Assembly (NCBI GenBank): GCA_005222975.1
Contig: NJBI01000054.1
Coordinates: 1 to 21,187 of the forward strand
From: Promethearchaeota archaeon Loki_b31
Lineage (GTDB): Archaea; Asgardarchaeota; Lokiarchaeia; Sigyniarchaeales; SOKP01
Direction: 5' to 3'
DNA: 21,187 bases
A program made the translations under genes and the position numbers. This document shows, piece after piece, positions 1 to 8,331 of this stretch. Under the pieces are notes generated by a model, which worked only from the letters and a program-made list of their open reading frames with translations, did not search any database and was not told the origin of the DNA. Each line of letters opens with the position of its first letter. Positions within the stretch are counted from its first letter, which is position 1.

Positions 1-174
1 AATGCTTGAATGGTCGTCGTTTTCCTAACGAGGAAACATTACGGGAAGAGGTCCAAGCTTGGGTACATGAACGAAATAGGGAAAAAATTGGAATAAATTG
101 GAAATTTAGCAGAAAACAAGCAGAGGTGAAATTCAAGATTAAAAGTAAACCGAATTAAGTGAATTATGTACTAG
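1..174 (+). mobile_element. Right end of an IS630-family insertion sequence (transposase C-terminus 3..158; element end at about ...TATGTAC|TAG 171-174)
   Basis: Frame 3 from the window edge reads CLNGRRFPNEETLREEVQAWVHERNREKIGINWKFSRKQAEVKFKIKSKPN*, matching the IS630 transposase C-terminal pattern (CL.RR.P..E.L..EV.AW...RN......INW.F....A..K). It is followed closely by GTACTAG, a typical IS630 end with a TA/CTAG target. Confidence 0.85.
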
Positions 175-323
175 ACTATCAAATCGAAGATATTAAAGAA
201 ATTCTTGAAGATGATTTGTTTTTAAAGTTTTTAAAATATTTAAACCGAGAAGATTATAATGCTGACCAAAAAGAGCAAATGCGTAATTTAGTAATTAACG
301 CTATGAGGAGGTTAAATTCTTGA
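171..323 (+). pseudogene. C-terminal remnant of an IS-interrupted gene, probably the Mre11/SbcD/YhaO-like nuclease partner of the downstream ATPase
   Basis: An open frame starts at the CTAG junction (LDYQIEDIKEILEDDLFLKFLKYLNREDYNADQKEQMRNLVINAMRRLNS*). Its TGA (321-323) overlaps the TTG start (320-322) of the ATPase. The nuclease identity is inferred from the usual yhaO-yhaN gene order only. Confidence 0.6.
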
Positions 324-2644
324 AGATCACTGAATTTGAAATTAAGGATTATGGTCCTCTGCCTAATATTGGAGTTGTCAAGTTAAATGGTTTAAATCTA
401 TTCTATGGAAAAAATGAAAGTGGCAAAACTTTAGTTATAGATGCTCTTATTAGAATGTTGATAGATCTACCAAGCAGAAGTAATGATGGAATAAATCGAG
501 TTAAAGAAAAACCAATAGGATACATTGATATTATTAAAGATAATGGTGAGAGGGAAACATTAAAAAGAGATAAAAAGATAACCGAAATTTTAAAAATCTC
601 TCCATTAGAGTTTTATAATGTTTTCATAATAAGAGATAGCGATCTTTCAATTCATAATGAAAAGGAATTTTATGATAATATTACTGATCGTTTATTAGGT
701 TTAAGAATTAAAGATATCTATCAGATCAATCAAGAATTATTAAATATAGGGCAATTAACATCAAAAGGCAATTATAAGAATACAAAACCTGAGAAATTAG
801 ATGATAGAATTAAAAATGCTCGATCTTGTATGAAGGACATAACTAATTTGCAAATAAAAATTAAGGAAAATAATTTAGATAGCTTAGAAGAGGAAATTGT
901 TAAAATCAAACGAAAAATTGAAAAAATTGATTTAGATCTTAAAAATCTTGAAAGTGCAAGAAATCGAGAAAAGTACGAGAAGGGAAGAAAAGCATATACT
1001 GAGTTAAGTAATGCTATTAATAAGCTAGAAAGATTAACTTTCTTTAATGAGCAAGATGAGCGGGATTGGAGAGAATTCCAAAGCAATATAAAAGTGTTTG
1101 AGGATTCTCTCAATAATTTAAGAATAAAACTAAATAATTATCAAAGTAATCTGAGAGAAACTACTGAAAGTATAAAATATAAAGAGATAGAACTAAAACT
1201 CCCACAAAAAACCAAAAATCTCATAGATGAGAAAATTAAACCTGAAATGATAAATTATAAAGTAAAGAAAGGAGAATTAGCAAAAGAAAGTGTATTTAAT
1301 GATTTTTTTCGAAAACTTTGGTTTGGTTCACTACTACTATTTGGAATTTTCTATTTCACAGGAGCAAGTACAAATGTTGGATATTCATATTTCCTAGCGA
1401 TATTCTTTGTTATTATTACTCTTGGCTCTTTAATTTTTTTTAAATTCCCATACTTAAGGAAAAAAGCTTACACTGAAGGATTCGTAGAAAGAATTAATTT
1501 AGAACTTAAAGGGTTTAGATTAGATGGGGAGGATTATCAAGAACTATCTGAAAACATATTAAATTTTGAAAATGGATTTGAGCTTAAAAAAGAAGAATTA
1601 GATCATCTAATAAGCGCGAAAGAATTATTAGATAATAGTATTTCTGCAATTTTAATTGAAGATATACCTGCTGCAGAGAGGAAAATAATACAAAATAAAG
1701 ATTCGATAAATCTTCTTAAGAGAACTTCTAAAGTTGACACCATTAATGAATATGAAGAGAAACTATTACTAAAGAGAGAAACCGAAATCCAAATTAATGG
1801 ACTTAAATCAATATTAAGTATCTTCAAAGTGGGTGAGGATATAGAGAATGATAATATAATTAAATGGGAAATTGAGATAAATAAATTTGAAAAGTATAAA
1901 AATGAAGCATTAGGGACAATTTACGATGAAGAAGTATATTCTGAAAAAAAAATAACTTTGGAAGAGTTTAATAGTGGTTTTGTAAATCTGGAAAAACAAT
2001 ATGAAAATTTAAAGGATAATCTATTAGATGTTGAAAGAAAAGTAAATGCTATAATCCAAATAGAAGATTATCCTATCCTTTGCTCATCGATAGGTGACTT
2101 GGAAAAAGTTAACGCAAAAATTAAACAATTCTTGGAGGAAAAGGAGAGCCAAAGGATCAATATTATGGAAATCAGAAAGATTTTTGATCAAATCGAAATG
2201 AGGGAGAAAGAAAAAATTTCTAAATTATTAAGTAAGAAAAGTAAAATAATGGATTATTTTAAGCAAATAACTGGTGGGTTATATATTGAGGTTATTTTTA
2301 ATATGGATCCTATAGAAATTAAAGTGAAAAATAAATATAACGAAATTATTGATATATATCAACTTTCAGGTGGTGCATTAGATCAATTGAATTTTGCTAT
2401 TAGATTAGCATTAGGAGAAAAATTATTACAAGAAAATCCTGGTTTCTTCATTTTGGACGATCCTTTCATTAAATCAGATTCAATGAGATTAAAAAATCAA
2501 ACTGCATTATTAAGAACAATATCTCAATTAGGTTGGCAAATCCTCTATTTTACATGTAAAGACGAAATTATTAGCAATTTTAAACTCGATACAAATAACG
2601 ATAAATTAAATTTTCTTGAATTAAAAAATCCAAATGTTATTTAG
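320..2644 (+). CDS. YhaN/Rad50/SbcC-like ABC-type ATPase with long coiled coil and central transmembrane hairpin
   Basis: N-terminal MKITEFEIKDYG, Walker A GKNESGKT, signature LSGG, Walker B/D-loop FFILDDPF, QILYFTC at the H-loop position, long coiled coil, and two hydrophobic helices at about 1316-1456. Confidence 0.9.
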   Translation: MKITEFEIKDYGPLPNIGVVKLNGLNLFYGKNESGKTLVIDALIRMLIDLPSRSNDGINRVKEKPIGYIDIIKDNGERETLKRDKKITEILKISPLEFYNVFIIRDSDLSIHNEKEFYDNITDRLLGLRIKDIYQINQELLNIGQLTSKGNYKNTKPEKLDDRIKNARSCMKDITNLQIKIKENNLDSLEEEIVKIKRKIEKIDLDLKNLESARNREKYEKGRKAYTELSNAINKLERLTFFNEQDERDWREFQSNIKVFEDSLNNLRIKLNNYQSNLRETTESIKYKEIELKLPQKTKNLIDEKIKPEMINYKVKKGELAKESVFNDFFRKLWFGSLLLFGIFYFTGASTNVGYSYFLAIFFVIITLGSLIFFKFPYLRKKAYTEGFVERINLELKGFRLDGEDYQELSENILNFENGFELKKEELDHLISAKELLDNSISAILIEDIPAAERKIIQNKDSINLLKRTSKVDTINEYEEKLLLKRETEIQINGLKSILSIFKVGEDIENDNIIKWEIEINKFEKYKNEALGTIYDEEVYSEKKITLEEFNSGFVNLEKQYENLKDNLLDVERKVNAIIQIEDYPILCSSIGDLEKVNAKIKQFLEEKESQRINIMEIRKIFDQIEMREKEKISKLLSKKSKIMDYFKQITGGLYIEVIFNMDPIEIKVKNKYNEIIDIYQLSGGALDQLNFAIRLALGEKLLQENPGFFILDDPFIKSDSMRLKNQTALLRTISQLGWQILYFTCKDEIISNFKLDTNNDKLNFLELKNPNVI

Positions 2645-2666
2645 GGGATTTAGTAATACTTATTTC

Positions 2667-2724
2667 TCGTGAAATAACCGATGATCGTGAAACGGTTCCA
2701 ATTATTTATCTATAATTCGGTTTT
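2667..2724 (+). repeat. Boundary motif copy 1, intact: TCGTGAAATAACCGA-TGATCGTGAAACGGTT...ATCTATAATTCGG
   Basis: 2667-2681 is identical to 21029-21043. 2679-2720 aligns with 3897-3944. It overlaps the palindrome TTATTTC-tcgt-GAAATAA (2660-2677). Confidence 0.65.
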
Positions 2725-2882
2725 GAGGAATTATTAAGAATAATACCCTTTGTTCAATAGAGTACAATTACTTTATAAATCCTTATTAATTTAGCCAATA
2801 AATCCAAGATACAATTCATTTTGGAAAACAAATAAGTTTAATAAAATAAAGATTTTAATACTAATCATGTCTTATAGCTATT

Positions 2883-2887
2883 GGTGA
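2883..2887 (+). promoter_or_regulatory. Archaeal Shine-Dalgarno GGTGA
   Basis: GGTGA lies 7 nt before ATG 2895. The same motif precedes ATG 5010 and, on the minus strand, ATG 17475. Confidence 0.6.
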
Positions 2888-2894
2888 TGATAAA

Positions 2895-3137
2895 ATGACC
2901 AGCATTCCAATCGAAAAGGAATTATTAGAAGAATTAGTCGATTTAAAATTAAGGTTCTTATATGATGAGATTGATAAAATTTTGAATAAATGGAAATATG
3001 AAGAATCTTCTAAGTTCCTTCAAGATGCACGCGATGGTACCATTGAAGAAGCTGAAGATGACGCAATCTCCTTACGACACCTTTTAGACCAAAGAGAAGA
3101 ATTACTAGCATTAAAGAAAGATTGGAATGAGAAATGA
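2895..3137 (+). CDS. Small acidic helical protein, probable antitoxin (TumA-like) of the DUF6516 gene
   Basis: 80 aa with a GGTGA SD, 5 nt upstream of the DUF6516-like ORF. KWKYEESSKFLQDARDGTIEEAEDD resembles the 'KYGMSSEEF...GEL.D' helical antitoxin pattern. Confidence 0.6.
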   Translation: MTSIPIEKELLEELVDLKLRFLYDEIDKILNKWKYEESSKFLQDARDGTIEEAEDDAISLRHLLDQREELLALKKDWNEK

Positions 3138-3142
3138 CTTAA

Positions 3143-3526
3143 ATGGGCTCTAAGATGTCAAGTCTCCAGAAATTGGATAAAGCAAGAATGCTCCTCCCCC
3201 AATACTTGTCAATTCATTTGATTTCGCTCAATTTTGAACCAAAATTAGCAAGAATTCACGCAATACTGAGAGATAATGTCCAGATATATATTAGATACAA
3301 TAACTATGGAGAATATAGTTACACTATAATTTTTTCTAAGACTTCATTAGATCGTTGTAGATTTGACAACTATGACGACCGTTGGGAGGTTTCAACGAGA
3401 CCACATCATTTTCATCCAAGAAAAAAGAAAGAAGCCATCCATAGCGATATGACAGGTAATCCAGAAGAAGATATACCATATTTGTGTGAATTAGTCCTTT
3501 CTAGTAAACTATATGATATTGAATAA
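3143..3526 (+). CDS. DUF6516 / TumE-like toxin-antitoxin protein
   Basis: YSY...RFDNYDDRWEVSTRPHHFH matches the DUF6516 signature (YSY...R[WY]DN......TxPHHxH). The start may be the second Met at 3155. Confidence 0.7.
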   Translation: MGSKMSSLQKLDKARMLLPQYLSIHLISLNFEPKLARIHAILRDNVQIYIRYNNYGEYSYTIIFSKTSLDRCRFDNYDDRWEVSTRPHHFHPRKKKEAIHSDMTGNPEEDIPYLCELVLSSKLYDIE

Positions 3527-3772
3527 TCCCAATACCATCAATCATTATTTAAGAGGGCCCCTGGAGTGAAGCCATCTATAAGAAGACCGTCCTTAAAAGA
3601 GTCACCAAAACTACATGTTTCAAATATTAATGGGCAGATCTCAATGGTAAAGATCTGTACAAATATTAGTTAAAATTTATATTTTAATCAAAATAAGTAA
3701 AAATTGCTAAGCATGATAATCTTGGGATAGTATCAAGATATTGCATAGTATTAATATATATATAAATATACT

Positions 3773-3944
3773 TGAAATAACCGGATTATCTAAGGAAAAA
3801 ATATCTTCATTATCATGGAAGGCAAGACTTCTTAAGATTGTTTTTCTCCTTGAAAATTCAATATATTGCATTTAGAGGATTAATTTTTAGTGAATTCGAT
3901 GAATTCGTAAAACGGTTATTGTTTAATCATCTAAACTATTTCGG
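3773..3944 (+). repeat. Boundary motif copy 2, split: left half TGAAATAACCG (3773-3783) and right half CGATGAATTCGTAAAACGGTT...ATCTAAACTATTTCGG (3897-3944)
   Basis: Both halves align with the contiguous copy at 2670-2720 and are separated by about 113 bp. Confidence 0.55.
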
Positions 3945-3976
3945 AAAATTTAATCATTATGGATAAGTTCTAAATT

Positions 3977-4138
3977 TTAGGAAATCTGCTTTATATATTC
4001 AAGATAGGTTAAACCTTTCTTTTTCGCTTTTTTTGCTATAATTTTTCTCGCAATATGAACTTGTTACATTGCGGGGTCATTCGGAAATTCTAGTTCAACT
4101 TCTCTTTTAATTTTTTCAATTTCCTTGTCATTTAACAT
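3977..4138 (-). pseudogene. Small PIN-associated protein (probable antitoxin) with an internal stop
   Basis: MLNDKEIEKIKREVELEFPNDPAM*QVHIARKIIAKKAKKKGLTYLEYIKQIS*. The in-frame TAA at 4064-4066 is probably a former CAA. It starts 15 nt after the PIN stop. Confidence 0.65.
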
Positions 4139-4153
4139 ACCTAATAACACTTT

Positions 4154-4410
4154 TTAAATTAATTCTGCAGGAGTAATAATTTCAACTTGCCTTAAATTGT
4201 TAATAGTTATGATCATTTTTATAATATCTTTAGTTTTCTTTCTTACAATGTGTCGGAAATTCCAACTCAATAAAAAATCTACCCTATTAATAATAGCAAC
4301 TGCAACATGATACGCATCTTCAGAATATGATTCCTGAATTGCATTCATTTCTAAAATATTTTTTGTAAAATCTTCAACCTCTTCAGATATGGTAAGAACT
4401 CTACGCTTAA
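4154..4410 (-). pseudogene. N-terminally truncated PIN-domain (VapC-like) ribonuclease
   Basis: The frame extends upstream of the 64-aa ORF: RVLTISEEVEDFTKNILEMNAIQESYSEDAYHVAVAIINRVDFLLSWNFRHIV...IITPAEL. 'DA.H.A.A...D.L.SWNF.HIV' is the PIN C-terminal half. The N-terminal D-T-S/N motif is missing and a stop occurs at about 4424-4426. Confidence 0.8.
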
Positions 4411-4499
4411 TTTTTACAAAAACTCATAGCAATTCAAGTAATTCAAGTCTTTTATTTTTCTGAAGATAAAGATAAAACGAGATCTCTATCAATTAATAA

Positions 4500-4796
4500 A
4501 TCATACGTTTTTGGCAACAACAAATACACACCTCATCTTATCTAATCGTGGGAGTTTTTGATATTCCAGTGAATTCAAATAGGATCGCCCGAACAGATGA
4601 CAGTACCAAGGAATATGCTGTAATAAGTGAAAATGATGATTTAAGTAGTAATACAATATTATTAATAGATGATATCATTACTGATGGAGAGACTAAAGAT
4701 AAAATCTGACTTAAGTTAGGCGAAAAGGGCTGCATTAATGTAGACATGATAACTCTGGCAAGAACAGACCATAATATTTATGAGTATAATGAATAA
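4500..4796 (+). pseudogene. Type I phosphoribosyltransferase (ComF-like) fragment with an internal stop
   Basis: ...NTILLIDDIITDGETKDKI*LKLGEKGCINVDMITLART...* contains the PRPP-binding loop hhhhDDhhTxGxT and a C-terminal 'TLART'. There is an in-frame TGA at 4707-4709 and no N-terminus. Confidence 0.75.
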
Positions 4797-5009
4797 ATTC
4801 ATTCTTTATTTTAAATATTTATAAATAACAGATCTGTATGCTGAATTTAATTTTGTCGGTAGTATCTTAAATTCCATTACATATTTTACCGCTAATAGCA
4901 AATAATTAATAAATCTTTAACTTAATATTTTCATGGATGATATATATTGAGGAAATAGTAAATTAATTAATGAAAAAATATTGACAAGAAGAAACTCAAG
5001 GTGATTTAA

Positions 5010-6410
5010 ATGATGGAATTAGATCTTGAAGTAAAGATAAGCCAATTAAAAAAAATATTTTCAAATTCAACACCCTCAAAAAAGTTATATGCTATTACTG
5101 ATGAGCAAAAACCTTATGTAAGGAAATTAAATGTTCTTTTTGGGGGATTCCATGAATATTTAAAAAATGAGATTAATTTGACAAAAAAAGCAAGTGACGC
5201 AATAATAGAAGATATTGAAACGTTTCTCCAAATTTTTCATCTAGATTATAGTGATAAATGGTTATCTGAACTCGATAAGGAGGAGGTAGATTACTATTTA
5301 CAAGGCTTTTTACCACGGAAATGGTTAGGTTTCTCTAAAAGTGATTTGAAAAGCATGTGTAAGAGCTTAAAAGTATTTCTTGATTTTTTGAGAGAAAAAC
5401 TAGACTACTTTCCTAATGAGATACGCTATAGGAAAATGATGGATGCCCTTAATGCCAATGATATTATAGATACGATTGATTGGGGTGATGACGAAGATGA
5501 AGATGATATGGAAAATCCAAATACTTTTATCAAAAGTAATAGATTGCAATTTGAAGGGTATGATAATGGCAATTTAATATATTCACTTGAAGGGGATGAC
5601 GACATACCTCGAGATATCTTGGAAGCAAACTTCATGAAATGGTTAAAAACCATTCAGAATGTTAGAGAAAGTGATAAAATGTCAGAAATTGAATTTAAGA
5701 AAGACCACCTTAAAAAATCAATAACATTAGAGAAGGATTTGATGCCATGGTATTCCATTGACGAGATAAATGTCGGCAAAATGATTTTAAATAATGTTTA
5801 TAAAAATTTTCATAAACTCAAGACCATCAATGAACGCGGATTAGTGGCTGCTATAGATTGCGCCTTGAACGAGATACTCTCAAAAAAGGCGATCCAGAAG
5901 GAAATTGCCAAGCGCCACGACACATCTCCAGCTACTCTAATCAATAATCGCTATATAATTGCCCCTTGCATCCCCTTGGAATATTTTTACCCTCTTTTTA
6001 TTTCAGAGAGCGATCTCAACTCAGATAAGGAAAAAACATATATTTTTAAAATTAGTAATTATTACAACGGGCGAGATTGGTCTAAATTTGAATTATTAGA
6101 ATCCAACACCTTAGATGACCTCCATGATGTGATTCAACACTTTATGGAAGGAGGAGAATATGATGAAGGGCATTTATATTCTTTTTTCATGAACGGGAAG
6201 GAATGGGATGCAGAATATGCGGGACCTGAAGAATTTCAACGAGGACGCGCTTCCAAGTTCACGAACATCGCACTAAAAGAAACTAATCTCGGGTACAAGC
6301 AAAGGTTTCTATACTTGTACGATTATGGCGATCAAATCAAATACCAAGTGACAATCGTTGGATTGGGTGTATGGAATGAAAGTAAGACATATCCTCATCG
6401 TATAAGATAA
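5010..6410 (+). CDS. Multidomain protein: recombinase core-binding (SAM-like)-type N-terminal domain, acidic linker, TFIIB/DUF6398-like HTH, C-terminal pRiA4b ORF-3 (TnpR-like) domain
   Basis: C-terminal TLDDLHDVIQ...HLYSF...FLYLYDYGD is the pRiA4b ORF-3 signature. QKEIAKRHDTSPATLINN is HTH-like. The N-terminus FHEYLK...DIETFL...VDYYLQGFLPRK...KSLKVFLDFL follows a core-binding-like helical pattern. Confidence 0.75.
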   Translation: MMELDLEVKISQLKKIFSNSTPSKKLYAITDEQKPYVRKLNVLFGGFHEYLKNEINLTKKASDAIIEDIETFLQIFHLDYSDKWLSELDKEEVDYYLQGFLPRKWLGFSKSDLKSMCKSLKVFLDFLREKLDYFPNEIRYRKMMDALNANDIIDTIDWGDDEDEDDMENPNTFIKSNRLQFEGYDNGNLIYSLEGDDDIPRDILEANFMKWLKTIQNVRESDKMSEIEFKKDHLKKSITLEKDLMPWYSIDEINVGKMILNNVYKNFHKLKTINERGLVAAIDCALNEILSKKAIQKEIAKRHDTSPATLINNRYIIAPCIPLEYFYPLFISESDLNSDKEKTYIFKISNYYNGRDWSKFELLESNTLDDLHDVIQHFMEGGEYDEGHLYSFFMNGKEWDAEYAGPEEFQRGRASKFTNIALKETNLGYKQRFLYLYDYGDQIKYQVTIVGLGVWNESKTYPHRIR

Positions 6411-6529
6411 TTAAATATTTTTTTACATTTATGAAATAAATAGGTGTTAAGCTTTAAAGTCCGGGAATGATATGATTTCACAATAAACATGTTCATTCAT
6501 TTTTCAGGAAAGAACTCGAAAAAAATAAT

Positions 6530-8191
6530 GTGCGTACCATGAATTATACTGAATTAAAAAGAATGTTAGAAAAAAGAAGTAAAGACGATTTGCTCAAGAT
6601 TTTAAATAACCTAGTCCAATCAAATCCATCCCTGGTCTCCACGATTGAATTTTATCTCTCTAATACGGAGCAAGATGATAGAATAGATTTAGAACCAATC
6701 AAGAAAAAGATTTTGAGTGCCGTTTATGGTGATTTAGATTATTACCATATTGATGGAGCATTAGAGAAATTATACAAAGTGCAAAAAATTGCTGAGTCCC
6801 TTTCCAAAGCTTCTAAATTCAAATCTGCGGCAGAGATTTACTTTCTTCTCGTGGAGGGATGCGTGGATGCGTATGACGAAGGTGCCGATGACTCCTCAGG
6901 AGGAATGGGTTTTTTAGGAGAAGAATGCATCTTAGACTTTAATAAATGCATGAAAGAAGTTAAAGATGAGGGGTTTAAGGCTGATTTTATCGAGTGTGTA
7001 CTCGAACTGTATTGGAGAGAAGATTACGGTTTTAACGTGGAAGTCATGCTTGAAGGCACGGTAACTCAAGCTAATATTCATATGCTCGAAAAAGAATTTG
7101 AAGATTACTTGAAAATACCCAAGAATGATCATCATTTTGGTTATAGACGAAGTACTATTCGGAGATTGATGATAAAATTGTACAATTTAATTGAAATGCC
7201 CGAAAAATCCCTACAGACCGCTTTAAAAGGGTTGGCGACAGCCGATGATTATCGAATAGCTGCTGAGACTCTCATGGAATTAGAGAGACATAAAGAAGCG
7301 TTAGGACACGTCCTAAACGGATTGAAATTGAATGAATCTCACGGGCTCTTTGAGGTATATTTTATTATAATAGATTCGCTCACTTCCACCAAGAAAGGTG
7401 AGATGATTGATATTAACGAGATGATTACATGGGCAATCAAATTCATTTCCTCCTTCTCAAATTGGAGTTATAATGTGAAAAAATATAGAAAAATATGCGG
7501 TCTTTTTTCAAAACTTAATTCAAAAGAACTGTTTAAAGAAAAATTGTTTAATACATTAGAGGGCGAGATTTTAGTAAGAGTCCTCTTAGAAGAGGGTGAA
7601 ATTCTTAATGCTGTTGAGACTCTAAAGAAGTATGATCTCAAGGGAAGATTACCAAGCCTCGCATTATCAATAGCTCACAAAGCAAAAAAAAAGGAGTTTA
7701 TAGACATTGCTCGAAAAATGATAATTCTTGCGATAAAGAGTGGATTAAGATATATTGATGGAAAAGATGAGAGAGTTATTCGTGAGACTTTAGATAAACA
7801 TTCTATTGAAGAAATAGCTGAATCAATTCCAGATAACATAAATAAGAAAATTTCTCTATTACTCGCTGAAATCATATCAGTTGAAGCACCTCATATTATA
7901 AAGGAAGTGATTAAAGCCCCTGAAAATTATGGAGGCAAAGAGCTTCTTACTATTTGTAATAATCTCGTAAAAAAACGTCCACAAGACGCCTTCCACCTTT
8001 GCGAAGGATGGATTTTAAAATTCGTGGTACGGTCACATGTTTATTATGATGATGTTATCAGAATGCTGCGAATTATAAAACGCGCCCTAAGTCAAGAAGA
8101 AGAATGGGAAAAGTATCTCCTAAAATTTATGTCAAATTACAAATCTCGGAAGAAATTGATAAAAATGATCCAAGAGGCCAATTTATCATGA
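6530..8191 (+). CDS. All-helical protein resembling the C-terminal part of SWIM-finger/DUF6880-type proteins, without a SWIM domain
   Basis: Begins L...SKDDLLKIL..L...NP, has the ADDSSGGMG motif, and ends Y..VIRML...W..YL..F...YKSRKKL. The likely start is ATG 6539. Confidence 0.55.
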   Translation: MRTMNYTELKRMLEKRSKDDLLKILNNLVQSNPSLVSTIEFYLSNTEQDDRIDLEPIKKKILSAVYGDLDYYHIDGALEKLYKVQKIAESLSKASKFKSAAEIYFLLVEGCVDAYDEGADDSSGGMGFLGEECILDFNKCMKEVKDEGFKADFIECVLELYWREDYGFNVEVMLEGTVTQANIHMLEKEFEDYLKIPKNDHHFGYRRSTIRRLMIKLYNLIEMPEKSLQTALKGLATADDYRIAAETLMELERHKEALGHVLNGLKLNESHGLFEVYFIIIDSLTSTKKGEMIDINEMITWAIKFISSFSNWSYNVKKYRKICGLFSKLNSKELFKEKLFNTLEGEILVRVLLEEGEILNAVETLKKYDLKGRLPSLALSIAHKAKKKEFIDIARKMIILAIKSGLRYIDGKDERVIRETLDKHSIEEIAESIPDNINKKISLLLAEIISVEAPHIIKEVIKAPENYGGKELLTICNNLVKKRPQDAFHLCEGWILKFVVRSHVYYDDVIRMLRIIKRALSQEEEWEKYLLKFMSNYKSRKKLIKMIQEANLS

Positions 8192-8331
8192 AATTTAATG
8201 AGATTAATAACTGAAATCATTTTTTCCTTCCCTTCCTTATTTGATTTTTTAATTTTCCTTATTTAAAATTCTTTTACATGAAGTAAAAGTTCATTTTAAG
8301 AGTGTTTGTTAATGTAAGCAATTCTGATGTT

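Noticed and set aside
772-1827. Minus-strand ORFs 772-1113 and 1603-1827
   Set aside because: Antisense shadows of the ATPase gene with no recognisable motifs.
3545-3680. Slightly GC-richer stretch that may be a gene remnant
   Set aside because: The short frames I translated gave no recognisable protein, so I cannot support a call.
4050-4073. Hairpin CGCAAT...ATTGCG considered as a terminator or attC
   Set aside because: Lies inside the pseudogenised PIN partner coding sequence, so it is probably incidental.
4538-4747. 69-aa minus-strand ORF
   Set aside because: Antisense to the PRTase pseudogene, which has the recognisable PRPP motif on the plus strand.
6432-6439. TGAAATAA after the 466-aa gene, and TCATGAAAT at about 8187, as further boundary copies
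   Set aside because: Too short and AT-only, lacking the CCG core, and expected by chance.
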